A stretch of 49,586 bases of DNA from contig CAMCWI010000003.1 in assembly GCA_945882065.1 (NCBI GenBank), positions 1-49,586 of the forward strand. Reading direction: 5' to 3'. Below, piece after piece: positions 1 through 7,298 of the stretch. The DNA is from Akkermansia muciniphila (lineage in GTDB: Bacteria; Verrucomicrobiota; Verrucomicrobiia; Limisphaerales; JADLHS01). A program made the translations under genes and the position numbers. The notes below the pieces were generated by a model. That model was given only the letters and a program-made list of their open reading frames with translations, did not search any database and was not told where the DNA came from. Numbering within the stretch: the stretch's first letter is position 1; the number at the start of each line of letters is the position of its first letter.

Positions 1-348
1 GAACCGCAGATGGGGCAGGTGATTGGGATGTTTCTAAGGGATACACCCAAGGAACGCCCGCTCACGCATGACTTGATGCAGAGTGTATTTAAGGGCTTTG
101 GAATCTCCGTCGAGCGCGTCGTCATTACCGACCTTAAAAACTCCACCTACTTCGCGCGGTTGATTCTTTCCCAAAACAATGAGGTGGCGCGGAAGATCGT
201 GGAGATAGACGCTCGTCCGAGCGATTGTCTGGCGCTCGCGGCGGCGCAGAAGTGCAAGATTTACGTGAATAAGGCCTTGTTTGAGCAGGTCGAGGACATG
301 ACGGAAGTGCTCGACAAGATCAACGAAGGCGGGGCTGAACCGGAGTGA
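1..348 (+). CDS. Bifunctional nuclease family protein (DUF151), 5'-truncated by window edge
   Basis: Motifs RPLTHDL, TYFARL and EIDARPSDCLALA; the frame is open from base 1. Confidence 0.9.
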   Translation, partial: EPQMGQVIGMFLRDTPKERPLTHDLMQSVFKGFGISVERVVITDLKNSTYFARLILSQNNEVARKIVEIDARPSDCLALAAAQKCKIYVNKALFEQVEDMTEVLDKINEGGAEPE

Positions 349-349
349 C

Positions 350-1510
350 ATGGCTTCCCCCGTTGCCAAACCAGATGTTCCGGTGGCGTTGTTTTGTGGC
401 GATGATGATTTCGCCGTGAAGCAACGCGCGAAATCATTCTATCTGAAGTGGAGTGCTGAACTGGGCGGTGAAGATCACGAGATCATCGAGGCGACGGTCG
501 GTAACAGCGGTGACGCACTCCGGGCCATTGGCAAACTTCGCGAAGCTCTGCAAACCCTTCCTTTCTTCGGCGGCGGCAAGGTTGTCTGGTTGCGTGATTG
601 CAACTTTCTTGGCGATGAACGCACAGCTTCATCCAGCGCTGTGACGGAAACGCTTGCTGAACTGGCGCAGGAGTTGAAGGAGTTTCAATGGCAGAACGTG
701 CGGTTGCTCGTGAGTGCCGGGAAGGTGGACAAGCGGAAGGTTTTTTACAAGACGCTGGACAAGATTGGCAAGGTGGAGAGCTTCGATGGGTGGTCGGTCA
801 ATGACAAGGACTGGGCGGTGCAAGCCGAGATGATGGCGCGCAAAGCTGTCCAAGCGTGCGAGAAAAAAATTGGTGAAGATGCGTTGTCGGAATTGGTGGC
901 GCGCATCGGGCCGCAGCCACGCCAGTTGACGAACGAGGTGGAGAAGGTTTGTCTCTACGTCGGTGACCGCGCGGAGATCACCGAGGCAGATGTAGATGCA
1001 GTTTGCACGAAGAACAAGATGGCGCGGGCGTTCGCACTTGGGGATGCGTTGGGGAACCGAAACCTGATCGTGTTACTGCGCTGTCTGGATGAAGAGTTGT
1101 GGGAGATGCAGTTCGACAAGGAAAAGAGCGAGATTGGAATGCTCTACGGATTGATCTCCAAGGTTCGGGCGTTGTTGATGCTAAAGGAAATGTTGCGCGA
1201 GGGTTGGATCAAGGCGACGGGCGACTACAGCGGCTTCAAGGCGCAACTCGAACGTGTGCCTGCGTCCAAGCTGCCGTCGGACAAGAAATACAATCCGCTC
1301 GCGGTGAATCCTTACGTATTGTTCAAGGCACTTTCACAAGTCAGGAATTATTCCGAGGCAGAACTCGTGCGCGCGATGGATTTGTTGTTGCAGGCAAACA
1401 TGAGGCTGGTCTCCAGCGCGCTGGATGAGCGGATTGTTTTACAACAGACACTCGTGCAAATTGTCGGTGCGCCTGCTGCGCGTCCCACAGGAGTTCGGGC
1501 AGCGGCGTGA
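350..1510 (+). CDS. holA: DNA polymerase III subunit delta
   Basis: N-terminal LFCGDDDF, LQTLPFFGGGKVV, NEVEKVCLY and AFALGDAL; length and layout match HolA. Confidence 0.85.
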   Translation: MASPVAKPDVPVALFCGDDDFAVKQRAKSFYLKWSAELGGEDHEIIEATVGNSGDALRAIGKLREALQTLPFFGGGKVVWLRDCNFLGDERTASSSAVTETLAELAQELKEFQWQNVRLLVSAGKVDKRKVFYKTLDKIGKVESFDGWSVNDKDWAVQAEMMARKAVQACEKKIGEDALSELVARIGPQPRQLTNEVEKVCLYVGDRAEITEADVDAVCTKNKMARAFALGDALGNRNLIVLLRCLDEELWEMQFDKEKSEIGMLYGLISKVRALLMLKEMLREGWIKATGDYSGFKAQLERVPASKLPSDKKYNPLAVNPYVLFKALSQVRNYSEAELVRAMDLLLQANMRLVSSALDERIVLQQTLVQIVGAPAARPTGVRAAA

Positions 1511-1526
1511 AACAATTTTTGAAACG

Positions 1527-2048
1527 ATGAATACCCCGCCGGCAAAATTGATGGTGTTGATAGGTGAGCAGTTCGCCTGCCTGAAAGTCGCGGGTCGCGC
1601 GAACTTTGCGACGAGTGTGGATTTCAAAATCGTTCTCGCGGGGTTGGAGTTGAAGGGATATCCGTATATCATCATTGAGTTGTCAGACTGTTCGCTCATG
1701 GACAGCACTTTCCTTGGAGTGTTGGCCGCGTTCGGAGTGAGGCTGAATCCCGCTGGAGCGAATTGCGTGAACCAAGTGATTGAGCTGCGGAACGCCAACG
1801 AGCGATTGTTGGAGCTGCTCGAAAGTCTTGGCGTGCTTCACCTGTTCAAAACCTGTCAGGGCGAACTGCCAGAATGCGAGGAAATCACTTCCGCCCCCTG
1901 CAATCCATCCCGCGAAGCCCTGACTCGCGCGTCATTGGAGGCGCATCAGACTTTGATGGAAATCAACCCTGCCAATGTGTCACGCTTCAAGGACGTGACC
2001 AAGTTTTTGGCGGAAGACTTGGAAAGAATTCAGACAAAGTCGGGATAA
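1527..2048 (+). CDS. STAS-domain anti-sigma-factor antagonist
   Basis: IELSDCSLMDSTFLGVL with the conserved phosphorylatable Ser region; C-terminal LEAHQTLMEINPAN helix. ATG at 1527 preferred over the 1425 start that overlaps holA. Confidence 0.85.
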   Translation: MNTPPAKLMVLIGEQFACLKVAGRANFATSVDFKIVLAGLELKGYPYIIIELSDCSLMDSTFLGVLAAFGVRLNPAGANCVNQVIELRNANERLLELLESLGVLHLFKTCQGELPECEEITSAPCNPSREALTRASLEAHQTLMEINPANVSRFKDVTKFLAEDLERIQTKSG

Positions 2049-2166
2049 ACTGCTGCCCAACCGCGCTCTGACTGTGTTGTTGAGTCTTGGAAAAACCCGT
2101 TGCCAAGCCGTCGGTTGAAATGCGTCACCACGCCTTTGCGTTGAATTCGGACTGTCCTGGTTTGGC

Positions 2167-3609
2167 TTACACCTTGTAAAACTGTTCCCAACCTTTGCGC
2201 GGCGGCGGGCCGACGAGCAATCCGTTTGCGACCTTGTCGTTCGTGATCTGCTTCGTCGCGCGGTTGAACACGAGCTTGGTGTTCAAACGTTGAGCGATCA
2301 CACCCAACGCCATCGCCTGACAGAGCGGGCCGGCCACGGCGAATGATGAACGGCATTTCTCCTCGCCCTTCGCCGCGAGCAGGAAGTTCTTGAAATGACT
2401 CGACGGACTCTTCGGCACTTTGGGTAGTTTCGATTCCACGTCCTTCGCCTTATCTTCTGGAATGATCCGCAACGTTGCGCCGTGACTGCCGCCTTTGAAG
2501 GTCAGACCTTCGCCATAAATCACTTTGCCGATCGGCTTCTGCTTCAACTCCGCCGCGCCCGTGGCGTTGGACGGCGGCGGGATGTTCGGATCTAGCGGTG
2601 CTTCGCCAAAAGTATCTGGCAACGACGGAAGATTTTCCTGACCGTCATACCACGTCATCTCCAACGGCGGCTTCCCACCGCGCTCTGGAAACTTGAACGA
2701 CAGCGTGGAGGCTTGCGGAAAAATTAGCGGGCTGTGACCATCGAGCTTCACGGCGTTGACTTCCGTGGGCAAACCGAGATCGAGAAATTCATGCGCGGTA
2801 TCGAAGATGTGCGCGCCCCAATCGCCAAGCGCGCCGTTGCCGAACTCGAACCACGAACGCCACTCACCATTCATGTAGCCGTTGTTGTAATCATGCTGCG
2901 GCGCGGTCGCCAGCCAGCGATCCCAGTCGAGCGTCGCGGGGATTTCCTGCTTGGCGAGATAGTCGGCCACCGTCATGCCGTGCCAGCGACGTTTGCCGTT
3001 CATGAACGCGGTGATCTTGGTGACGTTCTTGATGATGCCCGCGTCCGTCCACGCCTTGAACTGAAAATAGTTCGCTTCCGAGTGGCCTTGATTTCCCATC
3101 TGCGCGGCGAGTTTGTATTTCTTTTCCGCCGCCATCATCAGTTCAACTTCCTGGAACGTGTGCGCCATCGGCTTCTCCACATAGACGTGCTTGCCGTGTT
3201 TCATCGCGAGCATCACGTTCGGGAAATGCGAAAAGTCCGGCGTAGCCACCATCACCGCGTCAATCTCCTTGCCGAGCTTGTCGAACATCTTTTCCGCATT
3301 TTGAAAGCGCGTTACATTGGGGTGTTTCTCCAGAGTTTTGACCGTGTGCGGCGCACCCATGTCCACGTCGCAGAACGCAACAATGTTCGCGAGTCCCGTG
3401 GCGTCGAGAGACTTGATGACCTCAGCAGCTCGATTGCCAATGCCGATGCACGCGAGGTTCACGCGCTCATTCGGCGTGGCTTTGCCGGACGCGGCAAAAA
3501 TGAATTGCGGCGCGAACGCGGTGGACGCACCCGCCACGAATACGCTCTTGAGAAACGAACGGCGATCCACGGTGACTTGGGCTGATTGCTTGCGGGTTGT
3601 TGATTTCAT
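2167..3609 (-). CDS. Gfo/Idh/MocA family oxidoreductase, Tat-exported
   Basis: Tat motif DRRSFLK, Rossmann IGIGNR, VATPDFSH, HVYVEKP and GALGDWGAH; ATG at 3609. Confidence 0.93.
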   Translation of the reverse strand: MKSTTRKQSAQVTVDRRSFLKSVFVAGASTAFAPQFIFAASGKATPNERVNLACIGIGNRAAEVIKSLDATGLANIVAFCDVDMGAPHTVKTLEKHPNVTRFQNAEKMFDKLGKEIDAVMVATPDFSHFPNVMLAMKHGKHVYVEKPMAHTFQEVELMMAAEKKYKLAAQMGNQGHSEANYFQFKAWTDAGIIKNVTKITAFMNGKRRWHGMTVADYLAKQEIPATLDWDRWLATAPQHDYNNGYMNGEWRSWFEFGNGALGDWGAHIFDTAHEFLDLGLPTEVNAVKLDGHSPLIFPQASTLSFKFPERGGKPPLEMTWYDGQENLPSLPDTFGEAPLDPNIPPPSNATGAAELKQKPIGKVIYGEGLTFKGGSHGATLRIIPEDKAKDVESKLPKVPKSPSSHFKNFLLAAKGEEKCRSSFAVAGPLCQAMALGVIAQRLNTKLVFNRATKQITNDKVANGLLVGPPPRKGWEQFYKV

Positions 3610-3643
3610 GGTTGAAAAATGGGTTGAGTGTTTGCAGTTGAAA

Positions 3644-5059
3644 TCATTTTGCCGACAGAACACGAATCTTGACGTTTCGATAGGACACTTCGTCACCGTG
3701 TTCTTGCAACAGGATGTGACCGTCAGCCCACTCGCCGAAGCTGGGGATGTTGTGATACTTGCTCGCCGCGACGAGCGCGCGGAAACTTTCCGAGCCGCGC
3801 TCAAAATTCACTGTCTCTTGGCCGTTCAACCAGAACGTGACGTGCTTGCCGCGCGATAAAATCCGCGCGGAGTTCCAGTCGCCGACCACAGAAACTTTTT
3901 TATCCGCAGGCGCGGGGATCAAATCGTAGAGCGAGCCGACTGTGCGATTGCCATTCTTGCCCAGCTTTGCGTCGGGATGTTTGGCGTCGTCGAGAACCTG
4001 AAACTCGCAGCCGATGGCCGAGCCGAGGCCGGTGGGTTTGCTGGTGACCTTGTCAATTGGCGAGAGGTTTGGCTGCACAAAAATCTTGATGCCGCTGTTC
4101 GCACCGGGCGTGATCTTGAACTCCGCCATCAACTCGAAGTCTGAGTAGCGCTGGCGCGTGATGATGTCACCGCCGCCGGACGTATCGTGAACCGTCAACA
4201 CGCCGTCCTTCATCGTCCAGCCGTGCGCCGGAAAGTTTTCCGACTTTGCGCTGCGCCAACCCTCGGAAGTTTTGCCATCCCAGAGCAACTGCCAGCCCGC
4301 AGTTTTTTCCTCCGCCGTGAGCGTATTGACCGCCGATGACGCGATGGCGGCATTCAGTTCGGTGATCTTCAGATTCCGCCAGCGCACTTGCGCGCCGTCC
4401 TTGTCAGTTTCCTTGGCGATGCCATGAACCTGCAACGCGATAAACCCACGCGGCGTCATCGAATCTTTCACGTCTGCGCACGGCGTGCCGTTGAGCCAAG
4501 TCTTGAGCGAATCGCCACGGGCCTCCACGCGCACATGATTCCAATCGCCCTGCTTGAAAATCTTCCGGCCTTGCTCGGTGAACGCCTTGCCGTTTCCGCC
4601 AGCGAATCCAGGATAAATCCATTTGCGCCGGCCCTCGTCGTAAAGCCCCGCACTCCACCAGCGATTCTGAATTGGGTTCGGATCAATCTCCACTTGGTAG
4701 CCGTGAACACGGCCCGCAGGGATGGCGATGGGTTTGCCTTCCCACTCGATTTGTTTTGCGGCGTCGAAACATTCGCTGCGGATCTGCACGCCGGAGTTCA
4801 GGCGCGGGTCCACTTTGAAATCGTATTCAAAGATGAAATCGCCGTAGGTCTTGTCGGTGCAAAGAAACGAATTGGGCGTGTTGAGCACACACGTTCCCAC
4901 GATGGCCTCGCCCTCGATGGTGTATTTGGCTTTGCCGCCGCGTTGCGTCCAACCGGAGAGATCTTTGCCATTGAACAAATCTGTCCCGGCTGACTCCGCC
5001 AATGCAGCAACGGCAACGCAGCACGACGCGAGCAGTGAGAAAGAATGGATAAGTTTCAT
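3644..5059 (-). CDS. Secreted tandem DUF1080 (3-keto-disaccharide hydrolase-like) protein
   Basis: Signal peptide followed by two domains, each with LF/WN/DGK..SGW, NSG and G.I.LQ.HG..V.(W/Y)RN motifs; ATG at 5059. Confidence 0.92.
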   Translation of the reverse strand: MKLIHSFSLLASCCVAVAALAESAGTDLFNGKDLSGWTQRGGKAKYTIEGEAIVGTCVLNTPNSFLCTDKTYGDFIFEYDFKVDPRLNSGVQIRSECFDAAKQIEWEGKPIAIPAGRVHGYQVEIDPNPIQNRWWSAGLYDEGRRKWIYPGFAGGNGKAFTEQGRKIFKQGDWNHVRVEARGDSLKTWLNGTPCADVKDSMTPRGFIALQVHGIAKETDKDGAQVRWRNLKITELNAAIASSAVNTLTAEEKTAGWQLLWDGKTSEGWRSAKSENFPAHGWTMKDGVLTVHDTSGGGDIITRQRYSDFELMAEFKITPGANSGIKIFVQPNLSPIDKVTSKPTGLGSAIGCEFQVLDDAKHPDAKLGKNGNRTVGSLYDLIPAPADKKVSVVGDWNSARILSRGKHVTFWLNGQETVNFERGSESFRALVAASKYHNIPSFGEWADGHILLQEHGDEVSYRNVKIRVLSAK

Positions 5060-5348
5060 AGAGACAATTTTGAAATGCGACGACAGGCTAACAATTGTGA
5101 CCGCTCTGGCAATCACTCAATCGGGTCAGTCGTCAGCATGGGTGTGATTGGAGGTCAGTGAGGCGCAGCGGAGAAAGAGGTGACCGAATCAAACAACGCA
5201 GGTAGTGAGTCCCTATGGACTCGGCGGGAAGTGGAGTGCCACGCCGCTTTCGTTCGCGCGGGACGGATGGAATGCCTCAGACGTTCAGCGGATAAAACTT
5301 TGTTTCCATGTCCCGCTCTTGTCTCTAATCTATGTCGGATTTTTCAGC

Positions 5349-6155
5349 GTGAGAAAATACTGGCATGTCATCGGCATCGGAGTTCAGAACAACCTGACAT
5401 ACAGGTTCAATTTTCTTGCGCGCACAGTGTTCGGTTTCATCCCGCTTACGGCCATTCTTCTGCTCTGGCGAAACATCTACGAAGGCAAGGGCGATGCCGC
5501 ATCCGTGGCCACGTTCACGCTGGCGCAGATGACGTCCTACTACCTGCTGGTCACACTCGTGGACGCCCTGACGGCGGTGAATGAAGACGACTGGCAGATC
5601 GCCGCCGACATCAAGGACGGCAATATTAGCCAGTTCCTGCTCAAGCCGGTGGATTATCTGTGGTTCAGGTTTTGTCTCTATCTCGCCGGGCGCGGAACGT
5701 ATCTCACCGTGGCCTTCATTCCGCTGGTGCTGGTCACAATTTATCTGCGCGATTATTTCGTTCTGCCACCGGACGCGGCGACGTTCGGTTTGTTTATGAT
5801 GTCGGTGCTGATGACGGCAATGCTGCAATTCTTCATCTCTTACACGATGGCCATGCTGGCGTTCTGGGTGATGGAAGTCTCGACGTTCATCTTCATCCTC
5901 TACGCGTTTGAATACATCGCCAGTGGCCACATGTTTCCGTTAGCAATCTTGCCGCAGGTGGTGCAGGACATTTTGTTTTTCACGCCGTTCCCGTATCAAC
6001 TGTATCTGCCGGTCGGGATTTATCTGGGCAAGATCACCGGTGCTGCCTTGGTCAATGGCTTGTTGGCGCAGGCAGGTTGGGTGGTGGGCGCGTATCTGTT
6101 GGCGCGGTTCGCTTGGTTTCGTGGGATCAAAAAATACGCCGCGGCGGGAGGTTGA
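5349..6155 (+). CDS. ABC-2 family (DUF990-type) permease
   Basis: About six hydrophobic segments; IAADIKDGNISQFLLKPVD and SGHMFPL; GTG start at 5349 inferred. Confidence 0.88.
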   Translation: MRKYWHVIGIGVQNNLTYRFNFLARTVFGFIPLTAILLLWRNIYEGKGDAASVATFTLAQMTSYYLLVTLVDALTAVNEDDWQIAADIKDGNISQFLLKPVDYLWFRFCLYLAGRGTYLTVAFIPLVLVTIYLRDYFVLPPDAATFGLFMMSVLMTAMLQFFISYTMAMLAFWVMEVSTFIFILYAFEYIASGHMFPLAILPQVVQDILFFTPFPYQLYLPVGIYLGKITGAALVNGLLAQAGWVVGAYLLARFAWFRGIKKYAAAGG

Positions 6156-6159
6156 TGAA

Positions 6160-7035
6160 ATGAGTCGAGAGCCGAAAGTCGAGAACCGAGAGACAAACGC
6201 GCCTGCGAGTGCGCCGCCGTCTCTCGACTCTCGACCTTCGATGCTCGGCAGATACGCTGGTATCTACGCCGCTCTGTGGAAAAACTCCGTGACGCGCGAG
6301 ACGATGTTCAAGGGCAATTTTCTGCTCTGGATCGTGGTGGAACTGGCGTGGTTCGCGTTGCAACTCGGTTTCATATCCGTGTTGTATCTGCACACGCAAC
6401 ATATCGGTTCATGGACGAAGTGGCAGGTCGTGTTGCTCGTCGGCGTGAGTCATTTCATCCAGCAACTCTTTCAGGCGTTCTTCCTCATCAACTGCGCAAA
6501 CCTATCGGAGTTGGTTCGTACGGGCAAAATGGATTTTCTCATGATGCTGCCGGTCAACACGCGCTTCGTGGCGTCGTTGCGACAAGTTGATCTCGGTGGT
6601 TTTGTGAACGCAGGTTCTGCGCTGGCCGTGATGATCTACGCGGCGCGTGAATTGCAACTCTCGCCCACGCTGCCGATGGCGGTGGGTTTCCTCGCATTGT
6701 GTTTCATCGGCATCTGCATCCATTATTGCCTGATGTTCTCGCTGGCGTCGGTGAGCTTCTGGACGGTGAAAGCGCAGGGAATTGTTCACGGCTACTACAA
6801 TCTGTTCAACATCGCGCGGATGCCGGACGACGCCTTTCCGCGAGGCGTGTTCAAAACGGTCTTCACATTCGCGCTGCCGGTGTTGCTCGTCTCGAATGTC
6901 CCGGCGCGCTTGCTCACGGATCGGCTGACGTCCAGTTCCTGTTTTCTGCTGGTGGGGATGGCCATCGCGTGCGCCTTCTTTTCCGAATGGGTCTGGCGTA
7001 TGTCGCTCAAACGCTACACAAGCGCGAGTTCGTAG
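6160..7035 (+). CDS. ABC-2 family (DUF990-type) permease
   Basis: LVRTGKMDFLMMLPVN, C-terminal LKRYTSASS and multiple TM segments; the start may instead be ATG 6241. Confidence 0.88.
   Translation: MSREPKVENRETNAPASAPPSLDSRPSMLGRYAGIYAALWKNSVTRETMFKGNFLLWIVVELAWFALQLGFISVLYLHTQHIGSWTKWQVVLLVGVSHFIQQLFQAFFLINCANLSELVRTGKMDFLMMLPVNTRFVASLRQVDLGGFVNAGSALAVMIYAARELQLSPTLPMAVGFLALCFIGICIHYCLMFSLASVSFWTVKAQGIVHGYYNLFNIARMPDDAFPRGVFKTVFTFALPVLLVSNVPARLLTDRLTSSSCFLLVGMAIACAFFSEWVWRMSLKRYTSASS
6161..6241. repeat. Heptamer inverted-repeat element (agtcgag-type units, then ctctcga-type units)
   Basis: agtcgag agccgaa agtcgag aaccgag ... ctctcga ctctcga ccttcga; the right arm is approximately the reverse complement of the left. 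Confidence 0.65.
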
Positions 7036-7298
7036 AGTTTGGAAACCACGAATGAACGGGCGTCCGTGGTTGAACTGCGTTTTCCAGATTTCATCCGTGG
7101 ATCACCCGACGAAAAGCCAGGACGATTATTTTTTCACAACCAGCTTCATGCAGCGGATCAAAACCTTCAAGTTTAAGCCAAGCCAGATGACCGCCCCTTA
7201 CCGCACTTTTTAATTTCCCATGAATATGAAATCCAGCGTGGACTTTCGCAGCGGGAATGACGCTTTTATGGACTGACAGGTTTGCTGAGTGATGCTTG

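Noticed and set aside
3610-3804. Extended N-termini in the ORF track (also at 1425, 5205, 6040, 40802 and 45983)
   Set aside because: They overlap neighbouring genes or repeats; downstream starts give proper signal peptides or family N-termini.
7036-7298. Possible gene remnant between the permease and the receptor
   Set aside because: Short open stretches only; no family could be recognised.
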